Shown here in pieces: positions 9,949 through 17,859 of a DNA stretch of 27,285 bases (within the stretch, counting starts at the first letter, position 1; each line of letters opens with the position of its first letter). The position numbers and the translations under genes are program-made. The notes below the pieces were generated by a model that worked only from the letters and a program-made list of their open reading frames with translations, made no database searches and was not told where the DNA came from. Source of the DNA: Aquificaceae bacterium (GTDB lineage: Bacteria; Aquificota; Aquificia; Aquificales; Aquificaceae); assembly GCA_039630345.1 (NCBI GenBank), contig JBCNVD010000024.1, forward strand, positions 1 through 27,285, given 5' to 3'.

Positions 9949-10894
9949 CAGTTTCTATAACAGCTGATGCTTTGGGAAGTTTCTTTGCATGCACTTTTAA
10001 AGTTGCTGCCTTACGCGAAAGCTCCAGTAAATTCGCTTTTCCAATAACGGCTACAATTGACGCCTTTGCTATAGGAAATTTGGCTGGCTTACCATTTCTA
10101 TCCAGCGATTCAAAATAACCTCTTTGCACATCTTCCGGTCTATAAAGCTCCGCAAGTGCCCTGGTTAACTTTACAAGAATCTCAGATGTAAGGAGTTTTA
10201 TCTCCTCGAAGGAAGTATTTGAAACTATTATAACAAAATCATCTCCACCAACATGTCCTACAAAAATCCTTTCCTGTGCTCTGGAAGCTATCATATTCAG
10301 AGTAAAACCAACTTTCTTTATCATATTGTCACCACATAAAAATCCATATGCGTCATTGTAGGCTTTAAAGTTATCAATATCTACATAGATTACATAAAAA
10401 CTTTCAGAAGACAGCTGAGTTATTTTTTCTTCTATAGCTCTGTTTCCGGGCAAAAAAGTAAGGGGGTTTCTGTCAAGAAACTCCCTGGCGAGCTTTTTTA
10501 TAAAAAAGTTCATGAGCCTGTTTCTCTCAACCAACCCCCACTCCTGTCCCTCTTTTGTTAAAAAGACTTCATTATCTGAGGATAGAAGACTGAGAATATA
10601 TTCACTTTCTATAGATATATAGTCAGGAATAGAAACCTCATTAGCGTCTTTAAAACAAATTTTGAAAGTTTCTATTAATTCTAAAAGTTTCAGATCTTGC
10701 CTATAACCATAGTCAATGTTATGCTTCAAGCACCAAACATCAACCAGAAAATTGCTTTTGTTGGTTTTTAATATCAGGAATCTTTCCTGAGAAGATAAAA
10801 TCTGCCCCAGAGCATGAGATGCCAGGGCACTTTCTGGAATAATGAGAGACTGAAGGCGCTGAGGTCTTATTACATCCTTCAGGGATTTTTTTTT
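9920..10894 (-). CDS. GGDEF-domain (GGDDF variant) C-terminal half of a frameshifted EAL-linker-GGDEF protein
   Basis: RNPLTFLPGN, DIDNFKAYNDAYG, HVGGDDF; frame stays open from 9920 up to 10921, past the ORF-track TTG at 10729 and across the A9 run. Confidence 0.85.
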   Translation of the reverse strand, partial: KKKSLKDVIRPQRLQSLIIPESALASHALGQILSSQERFLILKTNKSNFLVDVWCLKHNIDYGYRQDLKLLELIETFKICFKDANEVSIPDYISIESEYILSLLSSDNEVFLTKEGQEWGLVERNRLMNFFIKKLAREFLDRNPLTFLPGNRAIEEKITQLSSESFYVIYVDIDNFKAYNDAYGFLCGDNMIKKVGFTLNMIASRAQERIFVGHVGGDDFVIIVSNTSFEEIKLLTSEILVKLTRALAELYRPEDVQRGYFESLDRNGKPAKFPIAKASIVAVIGKANLLELSRKAATLKVHAKKLPKASAVIETVNGFLTITN

Positions 10895-11664
10895 GAGGTG
10901 CGAAAAGACGGGACATAACTGCTAACTGAAGATGCCTCCATAGGTTTTCCTACAATATAACCCTGTATTAGAGTCGCCCCAAGATCCCAAACAAGAACAT
11001 CTAAATCTTCCTCTACTTCAACTCCCTCAAAGATAAGCTTTGCTCCTATATTAGAAACTATATCCAGGAGCATACTTGTTAGTTTTCTTCTTATGTCGCT
11101 TTTTGATATACCATTGACGAGCTCTGTGGGTAATTTAACAAAATCCACAAGGTTCTCTAACTCTGCAAGATGGTATAGAGAGTTATAACCTATCCCTACA
11201 TCATCAATGCCAACCATAAAGCCAACGCTTTTATAATGCTCAAGGGTTTTTTTGATTATGTTTATATCCTGTACTTTACCCGCATCTGTTATTTCAAGAA
11301 CAAGATTTTGTTTTTTAAAGTTTAACTCAGTAACTATTTTTTCTGTCATACGCTTGCCAAATTCTTCTGTGAGTATGTAAAGAGGACTTACATTTACAAA
11401 TAGCTTTGTCTCTCTCAAAGGAAAGTTCTCTATGGCTGTTTTTCTGCATTTAAGGTCAAGCTCCCCCACAAGACCAAAAGAAGAGGCCATCTGGAAGATT
11501 TTATTAGGGGGGGTTGGCATATCCTCGAGCTTGAACCTGCTTAGCGCTTCAAAACCAAAAACGGTTCTTCTCTGAACATCAACTATGGGCTGGTAGTAGG
11601 GGGTAATCTCAAGCTTTTGAAAAAACTCATTTTTAACATTTGCCCTTATGTTATCTTTCCACAT
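10879..11664 (-). CDS. EAL-domain c-di-GMP phosphodiesterase (N-terminal half of the frameshifted gene)
   Basis: YQPIVD, FEALSR, LFVNVS, LEIT, IDDVGIGYNSL, VKL, EGVE, QGY; ATG 11664 preceded by AGAGG. Confidence 0.9.
   Translation of the reverse strand: MWKDNIRANVKNEFFQKLEITPYYQPIVDVQRRTVFGFEALSRFKLEDMPTPPNKIFQMASSFGLVGELDLKCRKTAIENFPLRETKLFVNVSPLYILTEEFGKRMTEKIVTELNFKKQNLVLEITDAGKVQDINIIKKTLEHYKSVGFMVGIDDVGIGYNSLYHLAELENLVDFVKLPTELVNGISKSDIRRKLTSMLLDIVSNIGAKLIFEGVEVEEDLDVLVWDLGATLIQGYIVGKPMEASSVSSYVPSFRTSKKNP
10886..10894 (-). repeat. A9 homopolymer at the EAL/GGDEF frame junction
   Basis: T9 on the plus strand; lies in the 40-nt window where both frames are open. Confidence 0.9.
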
Positions 11665-12889
11665 TTTTGAGCCTCTTTTGTAAGTATACATTAGCTCTGG
11701 ATCTAACAACAGCATATCTGTGCTGAGCCATTATACGCAAAAGTCTAACCGCTTCGTGTGAGGTCATTCTGGATAGAGTATCCACTATTTCCATCAGCAC
11801 TATCGGGTCGCTCTCCTTTGCAATCATAACTTCCAAGTGAGGCAGTGCAGCTTCAAGGTTTTTCTTACCCACCGTGCTTATTACATTAATTTTCATCTCT
11901 TTAACAGGATGTTCAAGTCCCATGATCAACTTATATTCGTATGGTAGATTATGAAACTCAGTGAGGTCATATTTGCATTGCGGGCACTCTTTATCCTCTG
12001 CTGATATAACGCTCCAGCAGGCAGGGCAAAAATATAGAATTGGATTGTCAGGGTCATAAGTCACTACTTTAATCTGACTATCTTCCTCTGTAAGAGCAGA
12101 TATATCAAAGGGAGTGTGCTCTAGTGACAACAACGGCGCAACATAAAACTCGTAAAAAGGCGCCTCTTCAAAACCCTCATTGAAAATTTCCTCGCCACCT
12201 TGCCAAAGCGAGTAACCATACTTTTCAGGGCTTACGCTCACAACAAGCAAATTACCCTTGACATTTTTAGCTATTTCTGGAGAAAACTCAGATAAAACCC
12301 CTGCAAATTCTATTTCTGAAAGCAAGAATGCAATGAGCTCTTCCGGAAGCTCATATATGCGAAGGTTGCAAACATCGTGCATCATGTCATCTATAACAGA
12401 CTTCATTGCAGGTTCGCCTGTAAGACCCGTGTAGTTTGCACTAACGACCATTCCATGCTGCAAAAGAAGATAGCCTTTCTGGAGCTTAACCCTGTTTTCT
12501 ATAAGCACGAAGCCAGTTGTTTCAAAATCTACAAGCTTGTTAAAAAACTCCCTGACATTAAAGCTGATGCTATCTAGATTTATCCAGAGAGGTTTTTCAC
12601 TGTACAGAGGTATCCTGTGGTGTTCGTATAGCTCGAAGGTGTTTATGATGAAATTTTCTAAAGTGCCATAAAAACTCAAGACCTCAAAATCCTGAGGGAG
12701 GTTCGCAAATCTGCCATCAAGAGAGTGTATAAACTCTATAGAATCTGCTGATTGGAGCATGAAATATCCAGTGCGCTGAGAGCTCTTTATCGTCTCTGTT
12801 ATCCACCCTAGATTCAGCATCTCTCTATGGAAAGGACCATACAGAGGTTTTAACTTAAGACTATACTCGCTTAAGATTATGTTTCGCAT
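11651..12889 (-). CDS. DUF4388/PATAN-like + zinc-ribbon + HEAT-repeat protein
   Basis: TTGFVLIEN..GYLLLQHGMVVSA..LTGEPAM (DUF4388-like); CPACW-x9-CPQC; C-terminal HEAT-like helical repeats. Confidence 0.7.
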   Translation of the reverse strand: MRNIILSEYSLKLKPLYGPFHREMLNLGWITETIKSSQRTGYFMLQSADSIEFIHSLDGRFANLPQDFEVLSFYGTLENFIINTFELYEHHRIPLYSEKPLWINLDSISFNVREFFNKLVDFETTGFVLIENRVKLQKGYLLLQHGMVVSANYTGLTGEPAMKSVIDDMMHDVCNLRIYELPEELIAFLLSEIEFAGVLSEFSPEIAKNVKGNLLVVSVSPEKYGYSLWQGGEEIFNEGFEEAPFYEFYVAPLLSLEHTPFDISALTEEDSQIKVVTYDPDNPILYFCPACWSVISAEDKECPQCKYDLTEFHNLPYEYKLIMGLEHPVKEMKINVISTVGKKNLEAALPHLEVMIAKESDPIVLMEIVDTLSRMTSHEAVRLLRIMAQHRYAVVRSRANVYLQKRLKNVER

Positions 12890-13397
12890 TTATAGCCTCC
12901 TTTAGTATTGCTTTGAAAGTCTCGGCAACCCCAAGACCCTGAGAGGCTACGGCTTCTATTATTGTTTTGTTAGGAAATGCCTTTCTGATTAAATCTATGG
13001 GGAGGATACTTTCTTTATCACGCTTATTTGCCTGGATTATTACGGGGGTATCTGAGATATTGTATTCGGATAGCTCTTGGTAGGCTTTTAAGTTCTCCAT
13101 TATATGTCTTGTGGAATCAAGCACAAAGACAAGCCCGTCTATTCCACCAAATAACCAAGAGCGGAGCATTTTAAAACGCTCCTGACCCGGGGTTGTAAAA
13201 AGATGAACTGTCAGAGATTGATTGCCTACCTTTGTTTTTATGTTGAGATTTAGCATATCAAGATAAACGGTTCTGCCCTCTTTTGTTTGCTGATGAACCC
13301 TGTCGACCGTGTAAGAAGAGTAGATCTCTTTGAGCTTTTCTAAATTTGTCGTTTTTCCCGCCATCCCAAGCCCGTGATATAGAATTCTTATATTCAT
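12861..13397 (-). CDS. mglA: MglA-family small Ras-like GTPase
   Basis: G1 GLGMAGKTT, GRTVYLD (intrinsic Arg), G3 TTPGQ, G4 NKRD, G5 EAVA. Confidence 0.9.
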   Translation of the reverse strand: MNIRILYHGLGMAGKTTNLEKLKEIYSSYTVDRVHQQTKEGRTVYLDMLNLNIKTKVGNQSLTVHLFTTPGQERFKMLRSWLFGGIDGLVFVLDSTRHIMENLKAYQELSEYNISDTPVIIQANKRDKESILPIDLIRKAFPNKTIIEAVASQGLGVAETFKAILKEAINAKHNLKRV

Positions 13398-13411
13398 AGC
13401 AAAATATTACC

Positions 13412-13861
13412 TCATATGGCTAAATCTTCAAATCTAACAACCTGCGTCTCCCCTCTTGCAACAGCTTTATCAAGAATTTGCACGAGCTCTCTGCTGACTC
13501 TCTCTTTCATTAGCTTTACAGTTCCCAGGGGGACTTTTTGAGAAAAGACAGAGGTAAACATAAAGCGATTGTTAATCATATGAACATACATGTTTTTTTC
13601 TGCCCCTGAGAAAAACATGCTGCGCTTGGAAGAGATTATATTTTCAAGCTGGTCGACAGCTCCCACAACTGCAGCGCCTATTATTGCAACTCTATAAGCA
13701 AGAGGTTTAAATTTGTCGTTATATGGAGCAAAAGATATCAACCTACCACCTTCGTCCATCAAAACTGCCATATCAAGGAGCAAAGAAGACTGAAACTGGG
13801 AAACCTTTTGATTTATCATCTTGATCTCTTCTTCGCTTAAGGTGTAGCCTATAACATCCAT
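13412..13861 (-). CDS. mglB: MglB-like roadblock/LC7 protein (putative GAP)
   Basis: EEEIKMIN...AVLMDEGGRLIS...VPLGTVKL resembles MglB; directly upstream of mglA; AGGAGG RBS. Confidence 0.8.
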   Translation of the reverse strand: MDVIGYTLSEEEIKMINQKVSQFQSSLLLDMAVLMDEGGRLISFAPYNDKFKPLAYRVAIIGAAVVGAVDQLENIISSKRSMFFSGAEKNMYVHMINNRFMFTSVFSQKVPLGTVKLMKERVSRELVQILDKAVARGETQVVRFEDLAI

Positions 13862-13985
13862 GATAAATGCCTCCTAACATATAATTAAAGCCTCCTCCTC
13901 TCTCCCCATTGAATCTGCGTATTTTGTTTTTAAAACAGAGTATCACCACAACTAAATTTATGCTTTTTGTGTTAAGTTTTTGTTA

Positions 13986-15485
13986 ATGGATGAAGAAATT
14001 TTTACAAAAGGAATAAGGCATACCGCACACGGACTTAACTTTTATATGAGTCTTTTTGATGAAGTGGCAAGAGTTTTGCCAAGAGAAGAGCTTTGCTTTA
14101 TAGTAGGTGGATGGGTAAGAGATAGAGTGCTGGGAGAGCCAGTTGGAGAAAAGATAGATATAGACCTGCTTACAACATACGATCCAATAAAGCTAGCAAG
14201 AGCTCTGGCAGAGAGGATAGGGGGTGCTTTTTTTGAGTTTGAGAAAAGAAAGCTATTTTGGCGATCCAGAGTTGGGGTTGTTGTTTTAAAACAAAAACCA
14301 TATACATACAGGTTTGACATTGCGCAAATAAGAGGCAATGACATAGAAAAAGCTCTGATTCAGGACCTTCTTTCGAGAGATTTCAGCGCGAACGCGATGG
14401 CGATAAATATGGACCATGTTTTGAGTCTTGGGGCAAGGCAGACATTTATATATGACCCCTGCCACGGCATGGAAGACCTTGAGATGGGGATTTTAAAACC
14501 AGTGTCTTTATCAAACATAGAGGAAGACCCAATCAGAATCCTGAGAGGATTCAGGATAGCTCATCAGAGAAAATTAGAATTAACCGAGGATTTTTTAGAT
14601 TTTGTGAGAAGAAAAAGCAACATCATAAAAAAATCTCCACCAGAGCGAATAACTCAAGAGCTCTTAAGGATATTTTCTGCGGAAAATTCCTGGAGAGTAA
14701 TCAAAGACCTATATGAAATAGGTATACTCAAAGAGATATTTCCAGAGACCGCAAGATGGGAAGAGGTAAAAGACAAATCCCAAGAAGCACCTTTGAGCGA
14801 GCATATTTTTAAAGTCATAAAAGAGCTGGAAGAAATTATAAAAAGAAAGAACCAGCTCTTGCCAGATGGGATTGAAATAGAGAGAGAGTTTCTTGGAGAG
14901 TTTTCTCAAATAGAACTTACAAAATTGGCTGCTCTTTTGCATGATATTGCAAAGCCCCATACTTACAAAGTGATTGATGGAAAGTCGACATTTTATGGAC
15001 ATGATGTTTTGGGAGAACAAATGGTAAGAAACTATGCAAAAGTTTATAAATGGGGCAAAGATGTAGAGGATTTTGTTGCAAAAATGGTCAGACACCATCT
15101 GAGGCTTTTTTTCTTAAGAGAGGCAAAACTAAAAAACGAACTGACTGACAGGGCAAAATACAGGTTCTGGAGAGATTGTGAGGATATAGCTCCTTATTTA
15201 TTTTTGCACTCTCTTGCAGACTCTATAGCAAGCGATGATAGTGAAACTCAAATACAGGCGCTGATTGAGTTATTTAAAGAGCTATGGGAATTTAAGCTCA
15301 AAATGGGTCAGTTGCCGAGCGCTCTTTTAAGCGGTGATGAGATTATGGATATTTTAAAAATAGAGCAGGGACCAGAGGTTGGAAAGCTAAAGCAGGCACT
15401 TATCGAAGCCCAGATTGAGGGGAAGGTAAAGACTAAAGAAGAAGCTATTGAGTTTTTAAAACAGATAAAATACCGCGATGGATAA
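13986..15485 (+). CDS. tRNA nucleotidyltransferase with HD domain, probably CC-adding type
   Basis: VGGWVRD, DID, RFD-(short loop)-DLLSRDFSANA, EDPIRILRGFR, LLHDIAKP; strongly resembles the Aquifex CC-adding enzyme as I recall it. Confidence 0.88.
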   Translation: MDEEIFTKGIRHTAHGLNFYMSLFDEVARVLPREELCFIVGGWVRDRVLGEPVGEKIDIDLLTTYDPIKLARALAERIGGAFFEFEKRKLFWRSRVGVVVLKQKPYTYRFDIAQIRGNDIEKALIQDLLSRDFSANAMAINMDHVLSLGARQTFIYDPCHGMEDLEMGILKPVSLSNIEEDPIRILRGFRIAHQRKLELTEDFLDFVRRKSNIIKKSPPERITQELLRIFSAENSWRVIKDLYEIGILKEIFPETARWEEVKDKSQEAPLSEHIFKVIKELEEIIKRKNQLLPDGIEIEREFLGEFSQIELTKLAALLHDIAKPHTYKVIDGKSTFYGHDVLGEQMVRNYAKVYKWGKDVEDFVAKMVRHHLRLFFLREAKLKNELTDRAKYRFWRDCEDIAPYLFLHSLADSIASDDSETQIQALIELFKELWEFKLKMGQLPSALLSGDEIMDILKIEQGPEVGKLKQALIEAQIEGKVKTKEEAIEFLKQIKYRDG

Positions 15486-16101
15486 GCAGAGGGTCATAAA
15501 GACCAAATTCAGATAGCAAATGCCCATCGCCGCCAGTTATTAAAGTTAGTAGCTCCCTTTTATAGACACTTTTCCAGCTTTCCTGACAGTGCCTTATAAG
15601 AGCTGTTGCATAGCCAAAAACCCCGGACAGCATTGCACTTTCGGTATCTTTTGCAGGCAAGATAGTGGCTTTTTCAGGAGAAAGAAGAGGCAAATTAGGG
15701 ACTCTTAAATGGATGCATCTTAAGGCAGTAGATAGTCCAGGCAGGATTAGACCCCCCTGAAATACACCATCTATACACAGGTCTATGGTTATTGCAGTGC
15801 CTGAGTTTACTATTATTGCGTTTTTAGAATAGTAATTTATTGCACCAAAGGCACAAAGGAGCCTATCAATGCCGGTTTTGGAGCTATTTTGTTTTATTGG
15901 AACCTCTTTTACAAGCTTCGCATCCGGAAAAGCATCCAGGATAAATTTATTTAGAGACATCTTAACAGAGCTGACAATCACTTTTTCAAATTTTCCCTTT
16001 GGCAAGAAGGGCGGGACGAATCTGCCTAAGGAGATCAGCTCTCCTGAATATAAGCAGGCGTGTATGGTGGTATTTCCAACATCAAGTGTCAGGATTTTCA
16101 A
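15445..16101 (-). CDS. coaX: type III pantothenate kinase
   Basis: LDVGNTT, GIDR, GTAITID, GGLILPG, LITGGDG. Confidence 0.93.
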   Translation of the reverse strand: MKILTLDVGNTTIHACLYSGELISLGRFVPPFLPKGKFEKVIVSSVKMSLNKFILDAFPDAKLVKEVPIKQNSSKTGIDRLLCAFGAINYYSKNAIIVNSGTAITIDLCIDGVFQGGLILPGLSTALRCIHLRVPNLPLLSPEKATILPAKDTESAMLSGVFGYATALIRHCQESWKSVYKRELLTLITGGDGHLLSEFGLYDPLLIHRGILSVLKTQ

Positions 16102-16975
16102 AAACTTCAGCCCCTTTGTCTGAAGGTTTAAGGATTAAATACCTGGCCTTTATGTTCTCTTGTTCAAAAGCCTCTATCATTGCCTTTGCTATCTCTTCGG
16201 GTTTTGAGAGAGAAAGAGCCATAATGGTAGGACCTGAACCACTTAAGAAAACACCCAATGAACCTGCGCCGAAGGCGCGCTCCAGAATTTTATAAAATCC
16301 GGGCACGAGGGGAGCTCTGTAGGGTTGATGGAGCATGTCTTTGGTGGCTTCTTTAAGAAGGTCGAAGTTTCTGGTTAGTAAAGAGGATATAAGGAGAGAG
16401 GAGCGCTGGATGTTAAAGACTGCGTCTTTTAGGGGAATAGATGTAGGAAGAACCTTGCGGGCTTTTTCTGTCTTTATTTCAAACTCCGGTATGCAGGCGA
16501 TAAAGTAGAGCTCCTGAGGTGGGTCCAGCCTGTGATATACACTATCGCCTGCGCAAACGACCATTCCGCCAAGGAGAGACGGCAAGACATTATCAGGATG
16601 AGGCTCCAACTTAAGGGCTATCTGGAGGGCTTTTTTAATATCAAGGGGCTCTCTGAGCTGGTGGAAGGCGACCACTATACCCGCCACTATTGCGCTTGCT
16701 GAAGAGCCAAGTCCGCGTGAGATTGGGATGTTGTTTTGTAAATACCATGTCATGGGTCTGGGTTCTATGCCTAAGCTTTCACAGGCAAGCAGGTAGGATT
16801 TTATAACCAGATTTTGAGTGTCCTTTGGCAAATCCTCACCATAGCCCTGGATTTTTACGCTAAGGCTTTCAGAGGGCAGGACCTTAATAGTGTTTTTTAA
16901 ATTCAGAGCTATGCCAAGCGAGTCAAAGCAAGGGCCAAGGTTACTGGTGCTTGCTGGGACTTTAATCAGAAACAT
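16082..16975 (-). CDS. thrB: homoserine kinase
   Basis: VPASTSNLGPCFDSLG, IPISRGLGSSASA, EPHPDN, LHQPYR, LSGSGPT. Confidence 0.96.
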   Translation of the reverse strand: MFLIKVPASTSNLGPCFDSLGIALNLKNTIKVLPSESLSVKIQGYGEDLPKDTQNLVIKSYLLACESLGIEPRPMTWYLQNNIPISRGLGSSASAIVAGIVVAFHQLREPLDIKKALQIALKLEPHPDNVLPSLLGGMVVCAGDSVYHRLDPPQELYFIACIPEFEIKTEKARKVLPTSIPLKDAVFNIQRSSLLISSLLTRNFDLLKEATKDMLHQPYRAPLVPGFYKILERAFGAGSLGVFLSGSGPTIMALSLSKPEEIAKAMIEAFEQENIKARYLILKPSDKGAEVFENPDT

Positions 16976-16989
16976 TGTAAAATATATTA

Positions 16990-17346
16990 ATGGTTAAAAG
17001 CTCTTACAATCTAGGTGGGGGCAGGTGGAGACTGAGTTTTTATAACTCTATAGAGAGAGAACACTTCGAGAGGACTTTAAAAAACAGCAATTTATTTGAT
17101 GTTCTGGAATCAGGCAATACTAGCTTGCTGGTGAAGGTCAGGTCAACAGAGATTGAGCAAATATTAAATGCTTCGAGAAATCAGTTAGTAGATAGGGCAG
17201 ATATTCATTTTTATCTAAGTTTTTTTATAAAGCATCCTTTTGTTAAAGCTGTTTTTAGCATAAGTATGCTTGGCTTTTGGGCGGGGTTGATCAGTTTTGG
17301 GGTATGTAGTATGATATTTATGCCCTATATCAGAAGTAGATTCTAA
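16990..17346 (+). CDS. hypothetical membrane protein, Cys-less HMA-like N-terminus (GRWRL) plus C-terminal hydrophobic GxxxG segment (FezC-like)
   Basis: GGGRWRLSF...TSLLVKV; GFWAG in a hydrophobic tail; first gene of the ATPase operon. Confidence 0.6.
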   Translation: MVKSSYNLGGGRWRLSFYNSIEREHFERTLKNSNLFDVLESGNTSLLVKVRSTEIEQILNASRNQLVDRADIHFYLSFFIKHPFVKAVFSISMLGFWAGLISFGVCSMIFMPYIRSRF

Positions 17347-17356
17347 GGAGGTTTAA

Positions 17357-17677
17357 ATGTTTGGTTTGCAAATACCTTCTACCATCGGCGGATGTATACA
17401 GACCAGCTTCCTGGGTTATGGCTTTGGGGCTTTGGTTGGCTTTGTGCTAATTAGCAAGCTCATAAAAGACTCGAGACCTCTGTGGGTTGCCTCTGCGAAA
17501 GAAATAATATCATTTCAACAATGGCTGAACGCAAATGTTGAAGAGGGAAAAGAGTTTTGGGAAGATGTCATCTCAGAGGCAAAAAACCTCTACAAGATGG
17601 AGATAGAGAAAAAACTCGAGATTTTGCAAAAACAGCAAGAAATACTTGAGAGACTAAAGTCCAACATAGGAGGTTAA
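17357..17677 (+). CDS. small GxxxG membrane protein, DUF5132/FezA-like
   Basis: AAGGAGG RBS; GYGFGALVG TM, then RPL...EEGKEFWEDVISEAK and a coiled-coil tail. Confidence 0.7.
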   Translation: MFGLQIPSTIGGCIQTSFLGYGFGALVGFVLISKLIKDSRPLWVASAKEIISFQQWLNANVEEGKEFWEDVISEAKNLYKMEIEKKLEILQKQQEILERLKSNIGG

Positions 17678-17679
17678 AA

Positions 17680-17859
17680 ATGACCAGCTTACTCTCCAGA
17701 TTCTTGTGTTCTGGCCCTTTTGGTTTTGCTCTTGGGTTTGGGATAGGAATTGTGGCTCTTTACCTGCTTGATAAATCAAGGGAAAAGGGCAAAATCCAGA
17801 AAACTCAGCAGGAAATAGAGCAAATGGTAAAAGCCCTGGAATCTAAAAATACTGGATGA
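17680..17859 (+). CDS. 59-aa glycine-zipper membrane protein (absent from the ORF track)
   Basis: AGGAGG RBS; MTSLLSRFLCSGPFGFALGFGIGIVALYLLDKSREKGKIQKTQQEIEQMVKALESKNTG*; ATGA overlap with the ATPase start. Confidence 0.85.
   Translation: MTSLLSRFLCSGPFGFALGFGIGIVALYLLDKSREKGKIQKTQQEIEQMVKALESKNTG

Noticed and set aside
10727..10729. TTG as independent start of the GGDEF ORF
   Set aside because: No convincing RBS, and the frame continues open 64 codons upstream past the A9 run; better explained as part of a frameshifted gene
16900..17050. Fur box upstream of the putative fez cluster
   Set aside because: No recognisable GATAATGATAATCATTATC-like site by eye; iron regulation is not supported by the sequence
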